A stretch of DNA of 64,000 nt. Origin: Anthoceros angustus (taxonomy: Eukaryota; Plantae; Anthocerotophyta). The stretch is taken from the NCBI GenBank assembly GCA_010909165.1, contig MU008214.1, positions 1 through 64,000 on the forward strand, in the 5' to 3' direction. Of this stretch, positions 25,630 to 39,433 are shown piece after piece. The notes under the pieces are model-generated. The model saw only the letters and a program-made list of their open reading frames with translations. It was not told where the DNA came from and made no database searches. Both the position numbers and the translations under genes were made by a program. The first letter of the stretch is position 1; every line of letters starts with the position of its first letter.

Positions 25630-27280
25630 TAATGGCTTTTGAATCGGGATGGAATCGAACGGAAGCAATAACGATTTTCAAATCCAAGAAGGTACTTGAT
25701 TGTATACATATTTTATTTTGATTTTACTTGATTCTTTACTTACTTTTCTTTTACTAATACTTGTTCAACCCCAGACGGAACTACAGCCACCACTGAGCGC
25801 ACTCGACAAATTACTTCCCACCCATGGGGATCCGGGATATGCTAACGCAGTTTGAACCACCACTGGAGATAAGAAAGATCGTAGAAAAAGGTATTCGGGA
25901 AAATGATTGCGTTAGTCATGTATGTTCTCGTTTGAGTCTAACAAAACCCGTGGGTTGCGTCCTCTGAGCACACAATGTTCTCTGTCATGGACAAACAAGA
26001 CCTTAAGCATCTTTGCGAGATGCCTTGATTGAATAAGATAAAGAAGGTAAGCACTTTTCTTTAATTCATCTAATTATGCTCAAATCCAAAATCTTAACCC
26101 TAAATTTATCTCTGCAGGATATCAAAAGAACCTTGAACAACGACAATTGGGTGAAACGTACACTTGTGGAAAGGTTTAATGGACAATTTCAATGCAAACA
26201 ATGTTGGAGGGATATCAAAGTTCAATCCAGCATCGAGGTAATCAAATTAATATTCATACCTTCTTTGCTTCATTGACCTTATAACTTGGCATTACGAATC
26301 TTTGGAAAACAAGGCCAAAAACATAAAGGACAAAGTCGATAAGATTGACAACAACATTGACAACGCAGCCATCTCCAATCGTATACAAAAGTATTAGGTA
26401 TATAATGTGCATTAATATGATTTTGGTTTAAGAAAGTAATGATTTTGGTTTTGATCGGGCAAAAAGAGAAAATTGATGACTTGAGGAGGATGGACCAACT
26501 TACGGGCCGTCACTTGAGTTCACCGAGTTTGGAAAGTGGATGAGCAATTTTCAATATCCACCACTTTTCAAGACTTTAAAGATAAGTATTCCGCACTTTG
26601 GGAGCATAGTCTAAAAGAGCAAGTACCCATCTTGAATGAAGATGGGTCCAACCCAACATTCGAGCAAAGATGACAAATCCAAGCAAGTAAGTCGATAACT
26701 TCTCTTTTCACTATTATTTTCATATAATTCTATGTAATGTAATTGCATTGAATGCGTAGATAGCAGCAATTGAAAATAAGGAGTTGAAAACGAGACTTGT
26801 TGTCTCTCATGGAAGAACCAGAGACAACTAAAAACATTCAAAAGGTACATCGTTTGAAAGGTAATATCCGCTTGCATTCCAAAAAATTCTAATGTTTATG
26901 TTTCTTGAACATACGATCACATTTCAGTGGGGAATCTTCACAAGACGTGTTTAACGCTTGTTTAAAAGGTATATGCAAAGAAAGATCTTCTCCGAATTGA
27001 AATGGAGGTAAATGACTAATTACTTTTACTTTTTGTTTGTAGTTATCGGAGAATCAAAACGAGTTGTTTTCACTCTTTGAGGTGAGTACTAAAGTTAAAA
27101 ATAGATAAGTTTTATATATGAATTCGACAATGGTTTAAATTGCGTAAATATTCTCGCTTGATGAAATATTCAAATGATAATACATTTATCTGGACCATAC
27201 AATCAGCAGCTCAAAAAGTACTATTCTGAAGAGACGGGACGACCAGAACCATATTACACTCCATCTACTCCAATAGAATA
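25630..27280 (+). pseudogene. AT-rich multi-exon gene of unknown function (3' part duplicated at ~28480-29530)
   Basis: Short exons with canonical sites, e.g. CTGCAG|DIKRTLNNDNWVKRTLVERFNGQFQCKQCWRDIKVQSSIE|GTAAT (26119-26237). Confidence 0.45.
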
Positions 27281-30200
27281 TGTGTGATTGAACCAAAACT
27301 ATTTTGATTAGAGCCTAATTACGACAGTGACAAAGATAATCCTTTTATTGTGTAAAAGGATTGAAAAAACGAAAATGATACGTAGTGAAGGGCAAGTTAC
27401 TGTAAGAGAGAGACAAATGACATATAAAGTAGGCACCCGTCTAAACAGATCATGACCTCGGCCCCGCCGGCCTCAGCCGAAAGGCGCTGCCTCGCCCGAC
27501 TTACGCCTTGCCAGGAACGGACGCACGTCAAGACGGCCCAGAACGGTCTCGGCCCACGGCCTCGACGTTCTCGGCCGTGGCGCCCAGCCCGTCCGTTCTC
27601 AATACATGATGCATAGGTTTGAGGCCCACCATGGTGTCATATTCTAGAATGACCAAGTCTTTGTTCGATTGGCCGCCCGACTGGGAAGTTAATGGGCTCT
27701 ATTTCGACACTTCCACTCGCCTTTTCCTAATACCATGCACACCCCTCAAGGGTCCATGAAACCGATGCTTACCGGTGCACACCCTACTTTTCAGGTGAAA
27801 TTATGCAGTGAACCACTGATTCCCAACCCATTGGAAACCCCCTTTGGTGTATATTGTACAGAAAACCCCCTTCCTGTATATTCACCCCCTTGCAACTTTA
27901 TCGTGTTTTGCTCAACTTAAGACCACTTTGAAGAGGTGTTGCAGCGGGTTTGGCGTCTTTGAGTCCTAACTGCTCTGCACTTTCCAGCAGATATCGGGGC
28001 TGAGTCATGGTAAGGATTCTTTTTTCTCTATTGCGCTGAATGTGTATTTCTAAGCAACTTTGCAAAGGTCCAAGGTCTGACATCTTGAATTTTTGTGCCA
28101 ACAGATTTGTGATCGAGGAGATAAAATCCAGGCTGTTGCTTGCAAGGATGAGGTCATCGACATAAACAGCTAAGTAACAGATTACATCATTCTTGATGTA
28201 TACGTATAAGTCACAAATTACTTTTTATAAAACCTAGAGCTCAACTCCTTGTCCGGTATCATTCCATTTCAAGGGATCGCTTAAGTCCATAGAGGCACTT
28301 AATTAGTTTGGCATAATCCTTGCGTTAACCTCATAACTGTGTGGCTTGCATGTAAAACTATCAAGGATTCCATGCAAGAAAGCCGTCTTCACATCAAGCA
28401 TCCCGAGCTCGTAGTCCTTGTACAGAACGCACACATGGTCGAAAAGTAGCAAGCTTGACGGCAGGAGCAAAGGTTTGAGGTAATCTAAATCTAATACATT
28501 CATACCTTCTTTGCTTCTGCTTTGACCTTATAACTTGGCATTCTGAGAATCTTTGGAAAACAAAAATTTGTTGCAAAAACATAAAGGACAAAGTCGATAA
28601 GATTGACAACAACATTGACGCAGCCATCTCCAATCGTATACAAAAGTATTAGGTATATAATGTGCATTAATATGATTTGGTTTAAGAAATTAATGATTTT
28701 GGTTTTGATCGGGAAAAATTGATGACTTCAGGAGGATGGACCAACTTACGGGCCGTCACTTGAGTTCACCGAGTTTGGAAAGTGGATGAGCAATTTTCAA
28801 TATCCACCACTTTTCAAGACTTTAAAGATAAGTATTCGCACTTTGGGAGCATAGTCTAAAAGAGCAAGTGACCCATCTTGAATGAAGATGGGTCCAACCC
28901 AACATTCGAGCGATGCAGACAAATCCAAGCAAGTAAGCTCGATAACTTCTCTTTTCACTATTATTTTCATATAATTCTATGTATTATAATTATGCATTGA
29001 ATGCGAGAGATAGGGGCAACAATTGAAAATAAGGAGTTGAAAGCAAGACTTGTTGTCTCTCATGGAAGAACCGGAGACAACTAAAAACATTCAAAAGGTA
29101 CATCGTTTGAAAGGTAATATCCTTGCATTCCAAAAAATTCTAATGTTTATGTTTCTTGAACATACGATCACATTTCCGGTGTGGGGAATCTTCACAGACG
29201 TGTTTAACGCTTGCTTCGAAAAGGTATATGCAAAGAAAGATCTTCTCCGAATTGAAATGGAGGTAAATGACTAATTACTTTTACTTTTGTTTGTAGTTAT
29301 CGGAGAATCAAAGCGAGTTGTTTTCACTCTTTGAGGTGAGTACTAAAGTTAAAAATAGATAAGTTTTATATATGAATTCGACAATGGTTTAAATTGCGAA
29401 ATATTCTCGCTTGGATGAAATATTGAAATGATAATACATTTATCTGGACCATACAATCAGCAGCTCAAAAAGTACTATTACGAAGAGGCGGACGACGAAC
29501 CATATTACACTCCATCTACTCCAATAGAATATGTGTGATTTAACCAAAACTATTTTGATTAGAGCCTAATTACGACGTGTGATGATAATCCTTTTATTGT
29601 GTAAAAGGATTGAAAAAGCAGTAATCGTAGTGAAGGGCAATTCTTGTAAGAGAGAGAAATGACATATAAGCGGTGCCGTCTAAACAAGTTCACGGACCTC
29701 GGCTCCCGCCTCAGTCTGCGCGGTCGAGTTAGGCGTCTCGGCCCCGGACTCGGCGCTCCCTTTCGCCGAGAGCGGGCCGCGTCGGGCGCCACGGCCTAGA
29801 AGCGGTCTCGGCCTCACGGCCTCGGCGTTCTCGGCCCGTCGCCGCGTCCGTTCCACAATACATGATGCATAGGGTTTGAGGCCCACCATGGTGTCATATT
29901 CTAGAATGACCAAGTCTTTGTTCGATTGACCGCCCTGGGAAGTTAATGGGCTCTATTTCGACACTTCCACAAAGGTATGCCTTTTCCTAATACCATGCAC
30001 ACCCCTCAAGGGTCCATGAAACCGATGCTTACCGGTGCACACCCTACTTTTCAGTGTGAAATTGTACGCTGAACCACCATTCCCAACCCATCGAAACCCC
30101 TTTGGTGTATATTGTACGAAACCCTCAGATATTCACCCCTTGCAACTTTATCGTGTTTTGCTCAACTTAAGACCACTTTGAAGAGGTGTTGCAGCGGGTT

Positions 30201-30721
30201 TTGGCCTTGAGTCTGGCCTTCGCCTTCAAATGACGTCCAAAATTTGAGTCATGGTAAGGATTCTTTTTCTCTATTCGAATGTATTTCTAGCAACTTTGCA
30301 AAGGTCCAAGGTCGACATCTTGAATTTTTGTGCCTTGTGATTTGTGATCGAGGAGATAAAATCCAGTGTTGCAAGGATGAGGTCATCGACATAAATAATG
30401 GCTAACATGTGACACATCATTCTTGATGTATACGTATAAACTCGTCACAAATTACTTTTTATAAAACCTAGAGCTCGCAACTCCTTGTCCGATTGCATCA
30501 TTCCATTTCATTGCAATTTTGCTAAGTCCATAGAGGCACTTAATTAGTTTGCAAGCATAATCCTCCTTGCGTTAACCTCATAACGGTCATTGCATGTAAA
30601 TCTGTATCAAGGATTCCATGCAAGAAAGCCGTCTTCACATCAAGCATCCACGAGCTCGTAGTCCTTTGACAATCGCACACATTTAGAAAGTAGCAAGCTT
30701 GACGACAGGAGCAAAGGTTTC
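26235..30721. repeat. Tandem duplication (26235-28476 / 28477-30721)
   Basis: Collinear copies; 11-bp microhomology TCGAGGTAATC at 26233 and 30720. Confidence 0.92.
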
Positions 30722-31489
30722 GAGGTAATCTAAACGTGGAATTTGTGTGAAACCTCTAGCAACCAATCTGGCCTTGTATCCATCAAACGATCCATCCGCC
30801 TTGACCTTCAATTTAAAGACCCATTTACATGACATCAGTTTTCTGCCCTTGGGCAACTTTGCTAGTTCCCAAGTTCCATTCTCGATAAGAGAATCATATT
30901 CTGACTGGATTGCCTTTCTCCATTTCTTGTGATCAGGCCTGTTGAGAGCTTCCTCATAAGACTGTGGCTCTATGGGATCTAATGTTGTGGCAGCATAAGC
31001 CTTCACATGAGAAGACGTAATCCTGAAGTCTGGTGCATGATAGTAGTCAGGAGGTCGACGTTCACGTGTAGGGTAACGTCGGACAGGCTCTGGCTCAGGT
31101 TCAGCAGGAAGTACATCATCAACTTCCTCTAATTCCTCGTCAGTAGCATCCTGATCAGCATCAGCTGTTGCACCATCGACTGCTATCCCTGGTTGAGGAA
31201 TGTGATCCTGTAGATCTGTAGTGGCATTTCAGGTTGAATGTTGAATTCAGGTTGTTCTTCTCCTAATACTGCCTGATTGCCCCCTCCTGCAGGAGCATGT
31301 TCCTCAATAGGTGGAGTATGAGCAAGAGTGCCATGATCTGTCAGGTCATAGTAAGAGAGTTCAAAGGTTTCCTCACTGTCTTCAGGTTGGGGAACATGAG
31401 TGTGTGCTCCCACTGACGCCCAAGTACTTGTTTCATCAAATGTAACACTCCGAGTGTGGAAGACCACATATACACTAACCCCTCTCTGA

Positions 31490-34400
31490 AGTGTCGGGGT
31501 GAAAGATTTTTTTTTTTTTTTGTTTTGGGAGTGTTTGTATAGCAAAGTGCTTTGAGAATCGCCTGGGTAAGGTCTTTTATACGAGAATGGTCCTTGGCCC
31601 TTGGGATAATAATTTTTTTTCTTTTTTTGAACCTTAGGTTTTTCGACCCCGGATAGGTAGGTCGGAGATATAGTCCTTGGGTTTTGGTGATTTTAGATAT
31701 AAGGAAGTGTCTATATATGTTAGGGGTGCCTACATCCCATGATTCGCGATCAAGCGGGGGTAGCAGTTCCACCACGGTGGCGAAGGGCAGACCGGGAGGA
31801 GTTTACAACCCTAGTGGCGGAGGCGGCGCAGGCAGTCGGGCCTGGCGAAGACGGACACACCCGGCCTGGTCGAATTTCGGCGTCGGAGGCGGGCTGCAGA
31901 CAAGGCGCATGCACTGGCGGAGTCTGTTTATTGTGGGTGGGACGCCAGCGTCGTCAGGCGGGCGGTGGCGGCGGAGGAAGGAAACCAGTATGGCGTAGGA
32001 GGAAAAAGCGGCAAGCGCCCAGCGCAAGAGTGGAGGAGGCGTGGTGTGTCCCTTTTTACCAGCGTTTGCGGGAGGTCGGGTTCTTTTCCTGGAGAAACAA
32101 GGAGAAAGGGAGATGGCGCCCCGAGCTGCGGCCGAAATTCCCACCATGCAGTGGCCCAACATGGACCACTGGAAGGTGAGGGCTGGCAGTCTGGTGCAGG
32201 AGCTGGGTCTGGGATTTATGGAGAAGAAATGGTGTTACGACAGCTCAGCATTGGTGCAAGAGTGCGCCCGGCAATTGAGAACCAAGTTGCAAGAGGGTGA
32301 CGCGAGGAAGAGGCCGCAAACCTGGGATTTGGGGCTCTTTCGAGCGGTGTATGGGCGAGAAGCATCAGAGGATGGAAGCTTAATTGACCCCAGGAAAGAA
32401 GACCACGAGGCTGCGGTGCTCATGAAACTGGAGAAGTGAGGTGAACAATGGATGGGTGACTCGCCAACTCGTGTCTGCTGGTGGGATTAGCCAAGTGGAT
32501 TTTGTGTTTCTGAGAGGAAGTTGGATCATATGGCGGACCACTTCTGGTCTTTCTTCATGAGGTGGTTAAAGGTACATCGATTGAGGCGGATGATCTTTGA
32601 AAGAGCTGTGAGGAGAGGCGAATTTGCTCTCCCTTCCCTCGGCCCTCCTTGATTTCACCTTTTCTAATTCATGTGTTCGCGCATTAGGGTGTCTAGCGGA
32701 GTTGGAAGGCTATGTCGCCCTTCATAGCGGAAACCGGTCGGGGAACTCAAGGTAGAGGAGGAGGAGTGTAAGGAGATTAGGGAAGGATTCCAGTGATTGG
32801 GAATCGCCTCCCTAGAAGATTCGGATGAAGGTGGGGAGGTTTCCAAGGGGGCGAAGCGGGCGGCGGCTGAGCAGGGGTCGGCGAAGAAGGAAGGGCGGAG
32901 AAGAGGAACCCACAGCCACACCTAGGGTCACGGTCGAAATCGGCGAGAGCAGTGAAGGAGGAGAAAATAAAGGAAGCGACAAGTTGTGCCCCTCGGTGCG
33001 GGGAGGTCGTGCCGCTAGGAGAGATTGGAGGCGGATGAGGAAGTAGTGGCAAACCAACCCCTAGAAGAAGAGGTTAGTTTCGATAGCCAAGTCCATGACA
33101 GCTCGGAACATTTTGGCGACATTTCACGACCGTCCGGTGAAGTGGACGGTGACACGCTCGCGTCGAGGTGTTGTGGAAGGGAATGGGCGCAGGGGCTGGT
33201 CGGGAATCTGCAGGCCACGGCCATGGCTCGGGGCGGATCTCCTCGACCAGGCGACCATGGCTCTCACAGGCGAGTGTGCGAGAGCAGGAAAAGTTGCTCA
33301 AGGAGAAGTTGGAGAGCCCGAAGGCGAGAACAAGGTGGCGGAGGCCTTGAGGCAGGGAATGCAGGCGGCCCTATGCAAGGCACAGGAGCAGCTAAGGCCA
33401 TGTCCACCCAACGGGAGGCCTTAGTGAATCAGGTCAAGGGGGCGCATGCCACAATCGAGGAGCTTCAAGATGAGGTCTCGCGAGCCCAGGAACAAATGGA
33501 AACAATGGCGCCTCTGGAGAAATTCAAGAAGCTGGCGGAGAGATATAAGCGAGAGAGAGATGAAGCTAGGGCCAGAGTCAAGAGAGAGGTGGCCAAACCA
33601 AGAAGGCGAGCCACGGCAACATGATGGCGGCCCCAGGTGGAAACTACCACCACGGTGGCTAAACCACCGTCGCGGAAGGAGGAACCGAGGTGGGGAAGTC
33701 CAGCGGAGGCGGGGTGGATCACGATCCCCATTCGAAGGCGGCGGCTCGGGATTGTCCACGGGAGAGGTAAGAACCTCTCGTAGAAGGCGTATTGTGCTAC
33801 GGCGTCGGATGAGGATGCTCATGTCACAGCCACCACGCATGGTGCTGCTCACTCTAAATGTGTATGTGGTTGTTGGGACGGGAGGCGAGAAACTATTGGT
33901 GCACATCTTGGCCGCCACAGGCGTTTACGATGGTTCTTAGAGCGAGGCGGGGCCTACCCCAAGTGGTGATCGAGGAAATGGCGGCGGAGGCAGGCGTGGA
34001 GGGAGGAGCACACGGTGTGGCTGTCCGGCGATGAGGCGGAATAACGGGCATAGGGCCTATAGGCGAGCGCCCATGGGAAGGCAAGCTGCAGCGTGGCAGT
34101 GAGGTGGAGGTTTTGGGGAGAATCGCTCGGATCGGGCGTGGCGCGAGGCGGGAACCCCACCCGGAGGCTAAGCGGCAACATGCGGGCCAGCTGATTTTAG
34201 GGCCGACATCATAGGCCGAGGCTTCTTTTGGGTAGGGGATAGGATGTTTTGAGGACCCGTGGGCTGTAGTTCACAGATTGGTAGGAGGCGCTCGTGGTAG
34301 TGGGCCATATTTTCTAGAACCTTTGGTAGGAGTGGTGGAAATCCACGGTGAATGTATAAGAGACCCTTGAGAGTCTCTCAGACAATTTCGGTGTGAACTT

Positions 34401-35170
34401 CCGTGTGTTGAAGCTATGCGAGGTTGGTTGGAGGCGTCGATCGGCATCAAACTCGTTCGATGCCGCCTTCTCGTCACAAGAAGGCGGGAAGATCCTGGAT
34501 GGTCGAGGCGGAGTGGCCAAGCTCACGCACAGGGTGTGGAAGGAGGTGGTGGCGGAAAAGAGGTAGGAATTGCCGCGGAAGGTTGAGGCGGGCGGAATCG
34601 CCCAAGCAGCCGGGTTTTCTTTCGATCCTCTTTCCCACGCCAGTGTGTTTTATTCCATGAGGAGAGTGCATGTGGCCCAAGGAGGGTCTGTGGCCCAAGG
34701 AGGGTGCATGTGGCCCGTGAGGAGAGGGAGAGTTCATTAGGAAGGGAAAGGTCCCGAAGGGTAGATGAGTCTTGTGTGAGGGATTGTGAGTGTGTGAGGG
34801 AAAATCGAAATCGTGGGGAGTGGAAGTGTGCGGTGGAATCGCGGAAATTCCTAGAGTGAGTGAGGTGTATATAGGTGTTTGTATGTCCATAGCCCCAAGT
34901 CTGCGCCAGAGCCGGTGACAAATAGACCCCGCGACGCGCGTTGGGACCCGCCACAGTGGTGAACCGACCACTGCGGTGGCGAGTCTACCACGGTGGTGGG
35001 TTTGGGTAGGGGTAATGGATAAGGTGGGGTAGTGAGCGGCGGTGTCTAGAATCCATAGATTGAACACCTTGACACAAAACCATTCCTTGGGATCGAATCC
35101 TAGGACTATAACGACATAGAGGGTAAATGTGGCCTCTTTGCGTCTTGGATGCAAAACCATTCCACACCGA
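31490..35170 (+). mobile_element. Unclassified insertion in the copia integrase C-terminus, carrying a degraded ORF resembling Ty3/gypsy accessory ORFs with a coiled coil
   Basis: Copia frame ...YKLYD (~35200) resumes at VFHTRSVTFDE (~31465). Between them is GC-rich plus-strand coding-like DNA (32041-33624) and short tandem repeats TGTGGCCCAAGGAGGGT (~34670-34715). Confidence 0.5.
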
Positions 35171-35755
35171 GCATAGATGACTCCGGTTTGTGGGGACATC
35201 ATATAGCTTGTAGCTTTAATCCCTCTCTGTATACTGACAGCAGCTTGCGTGCCTTATCGTGACTTATCCGTTTCATTTTAGGGATGAAGGCATATGCGAG
35301 GCAGAAGGTCCTCAAGTGTTGAATAGAGGGCTTCACCTTGCAAAGCCTCATAAGGAGTTTTGCCTTCAACTGCAGTGGTGGGTAACCTGTTCAGTAGAAA
35401 AGTTGAAGTCATCAAAGCCTCAGCCCAATAGGGTAGTGGCAAATGAGCATCATGTAACAATGAGGAGACCATCTCCTGCAATGTGAGGTTCAAGCGCTCT
35501 GCCACTCCATTCTGCTGTGGAGTGTATACGACGGTGAGTTGGCGTCCAATGCCTTCGTCTTTACAGAACTGCTGGAATTCATTAGATGTAAATTCCCGCC
35601 ATTATCGGATCTCGGTCTTGAGTTTTCTGTCCAACGCCGAATTTGATGTATTCCTTGAAGTAGGAGAAACATTCGCTTTTGTTCTTCGGATATAGGTGGT
35701 GACAAATGCTCTTGTCATCGTAAGCGTTAGAAAATAACGTCCACCTCCTATGGAC

Positions 35756-38700
35756 GCTTGAGATAAGGGTCCACATAGGTCGATGTACAAGCTCAAGGAG
35801 ATCATCAAGACGATGAGGTGCTTTGTTCTTGAAGGCAGCTTGGTGTTTCTTCGACAACACACAAGCCTCACATAAAGGTATGGCAGTCAAAGGGCCAATA
35901 GGTCCATCTTGATACAGGTCACTCACAGCCAATTTTTGCAGCTTTGCCATGTGAGGGTGACCCAAGCGTGCATGCCACAACTTAGACTTTGATGTTTGTT
36001 GTGCAGATGCAAGTGAGACATCTTGTGTCAGGTGGGACTCTGCTACTCCACTGTGCAAATGGAGACGGAACAGATCGTGGTCCGAAGACCCATGTGCAAG
36101 GACCTTTCTAGGGTCAATAGCATCTATGATTCTACAATCATCCTAGTGAAAACAACGTGATCGTTGTTATCGCATTCAATCTTGAATAAGGTTTCTAGTC
36201 ATTTCGCACATAGTAGACTTCTAACAACATGAGTGTGATCCTGAGGAACTAGCAACTCAACTGCACGACCAGTGAGACTAGAGACTGTCGTCCCCAAGGT
36301 AAACATCTTGATCTGGAAAAGACCTATATGTTTTGAAAGCATTTCTATCAAAAGCGGATGTGCGGTAACCGTATCTAAATACCATTCATCTATTGGTTTC
36401 ATTAGCTTTGGCGAAGGCAAGTGGGAAGCGACAATGGACTAGCAAACTCCCTAGTCCCAAACTGGCGATGGGGTATTAGCCTTCTTTACCACAACATTGG
36501 CGTCTGGTGCCCTCCTTGCGAGGAATTCCAGCTTGCTTTTGCGACACTCTTTTCCCAATGTCCAGCGGCTTGCAGTTGCAGTGCACGGCTTTAGTCTTCT
36601 TCCCGGATGAGGATCCGCTGAGCTACCTCCCTTGGAAGGATTTCCACCACCTCCTTTGGAGAAGGATTTCTTGCCTCCTCGCCCTTGATTTGAGGTGTCT
36701 GCAGGCTGTTGTTTCCTCGCTTTCTTGTGATTAGTTCGCTTGCCTCTTCTTGCGCATGGAACTCACAAGTTGTGAGAATGACATCTCGCATCTCTATGCC
36801 TTGCTTCTTAGCTAACAATGTAGCTTGTGTCGGCGGTGTGGGAGGTCACAGTGTGACCAAGACTCGAAGCGAAGAAGGAGCCTCATCACCATCTCATCAT
36901 CCTTGATGGCAACTTTAGAGGCACCACAGGCCGGGAGGCTAGGGTCCTAAAGGTACTCACGTGCTTCTCCGAGTCCCCATCCTTCATTCTCAAGTTCGAA
37001 ATTTCTTAAAGTCATTGCCGACCATGTTCGCTGCGTAGAGTTCCTTTAGACGATTCATGATTTCGGCTGAAGTTTCCACCCCCGCTTTATGCCTCAACAT
37101 TTCGGTTGTCGTACTGAATGAGGTACTTGGCTCCGCTATCCTTAGCTAACCATTCTTCTTCTCCCGAAGATCCCTCGTCTGGTTTCACTACCTTTCCGGT
37201 TGCATGTTTCAGCAGGCCCCTCATTTCGAGGACGCCCTCCATCCGGATCTGCCATATGTCAAAGTCATTGCCATTGAACCGATCCTTCTCCTTGAAGGAT
37301 TCATTACCTCCATAGTTTGGAGTTGAGGCTGCGTCTGCCATATTTATGGCTTGTTGTTCGACCTCAGGTTCAAATTCAGCTGTATTGAATATATCCCCAA
37401 AACCGTCATGATCGGACTGCTCATAACGCTTGTTGATTCGGCGTTGCGGTTTTGATCCCATCCTCCTCGCAATTTTGGAGCTCCTCATCTCGAACCTATT
37501 GTAGGCATACGTGGAGCAAGATGGACACGAGTTAAGTGAGCTAAAGCTTCGCTCACGATTTGTCTTACTTGCGTGTTTACAGCCGTGTTTCAACACTGGA
37601 TTTTTGAGCATCTCGGGCTTGAGATAAGGGTCCACATAGGTCGTATGTACAAGCTCAAGGAGATCATCGGCCGCGATGAGGTGCTTTGTTCTTGAAGGCA
37701 GCTTGGTGTTTCTTCGACAACACACAAGCCTCACATAAAGGTATGGCGATCAAAGGGCCAATAGGTCCATCTTGATACAGTCACTCAGCCAATTTTTGCA
37801 GCTTTGCCATGTGAGGGTGACCCAAGCGTGCATGCCACAACTTAGACTTTGTGTTTGTTGTGCGGATGCAAGGAGACATCTTGTGTCGTGGGACTCTGCT
37901 ACTCCATGCAAATGGAGGAGACGGATCGTGGTCCAAGACCCATGTGCAAGGACCTTTCTAGGGTCAATAGCATCTATGATTCTACAATCATCCTAGTGAA
38001 AACAACGTGGTATTTGTTGCATTCAATCTTTGAATAAGGTTTCTAGTCATTTCGGCACATAGTAGACTTCTAACAACATGAGTGTGATCCTGTAGGAACT
38101 AGCAACTCAACTACCGAGGTGAGACTAGAGACTGTCCCCAAGGTAAACATCTTGATCTGGAAAAGACCTATATGTTTTGAAAGCATTTCTATCAAAAGCG
38201 GATGTGTGCGAGCACCGTATCTAAATACCATTCATCTATTGGTTTCATTAGCTTTGGCGAAGGCAAGTGGGAAGCGACAATGGACTAGCAAACTCCCTAG
38301 TCCCAAACTGGCGATGGGGTATTAGCCTTCTTTACCACAACATTGGCGTCTGGTGCCCTCCTTGCGAGGAATTCCAGCTTGCTTTTGCGACACTCTTTTC
38401 CCAATGTCCAGCGGCTTGCACGATTGTGCACAGCTTTAGTCTTCTTCCCGGATGAGGATCCGCTGAGCTACCTCCCTTGGAAGGATTTCCACCACCTCCT
38501 TTGGAGAAGGATTTCTTGCCTCCTCGCCCTTGATTTGAGGTGTCACAGGGCTGTTGTTTCTGCTTTCTTGTGATTAGTTCTTGCCTCTTCTTGGATGGAA
38601 CTCACAAGTTGTGAGAATGACATCTCGCATCTCTATGCCTTGCTTCTTAGCTAATTGTCGTATGCAGTGTGGGAGGTCACAGTGTGACCAAGACTCGAAG

Positions 38701-39433
38701 CGAAGAAGGAGCCTCATCACCATCTCATCATCCTTGATGGCAACTTTAGAGGCACCACAGGCCGGGAGGCTAGGGTCCTAAAGGTACTCACGTGCTTCTC
38801 CACCGAGTCCCCATCCTTCATTCTCAAGTTCGAAATTTCTTAAAAGTCATTGCCGACCATGTTCGCTGCGTAGAGTTCCTTTAGACGATTCATGATTTTT
38901 GAAGTTTCCACCCATTTACCCTCAACATTTCGGTTGTCGAGCCACTGAATGAGGTGCCGCTATCCTATCCTTAGCTAACCATTCTTCTTCTCCCAAGATC
39001 CTCGTCGGTTTCACTACCTTTCCGGTTGCATGTTTCAGCCCTCATTTCGAGGACGCCCTCCATCCGGATCGCCATATGTCAAAGTCATTGCCATTGAACC
39101 GATCCTTCTCCTTGAAGGATTCATTACCTCCATAGTTTGGAGTTGAGGTGCGTGCCATATTTATGGCTTGTTGTTCGACCTCGTTCAAATTCAATTTGTA
39201 TTGAATATATCCCCAAAACCGTCGATCGGACACACTGCTCATAACGCTTGTTGATTACGGCGTTGCGGTTTTGATCCCGAGATCCTCCTCGTGCAATTTT
39301 GGAGCTCCTCATCTCGAACCTATTGTAGGCATACGTGGAGCAAGATGGACACGAGTTAAGTGAGCTAAAGCGCTCACGATTTGTCTTACTTGCGTGTTTA
39401 CGGAGTGTTTGAACCGGATTTTTGAGCATCTCG
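35756..39433. repeat. Tandem duplication in copia gag-integrase (35756-37616 / 37617-39433)
   Basis: Collinear copies; junction GCTT(G/C)AG at 35756, 37617 and 39434. Confidence 0.92.

Larger units (their letters stand above)
18332..30155. mobile_element. CAC...GTG-bounded element (CMC/EnSpm-like ends) inserted into copia RT; right end duplicated (27905 and 30155)
   Basis: Left end CACGGTAAAT vs reverse complement of right end CACGATAAAG; subterminal AAATCATCTACCATCAAGGTA twice (~18405, ~18452); copia RT resumes immediately after TTTATCGTG. No TSD seen. Confidence 0.5.
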
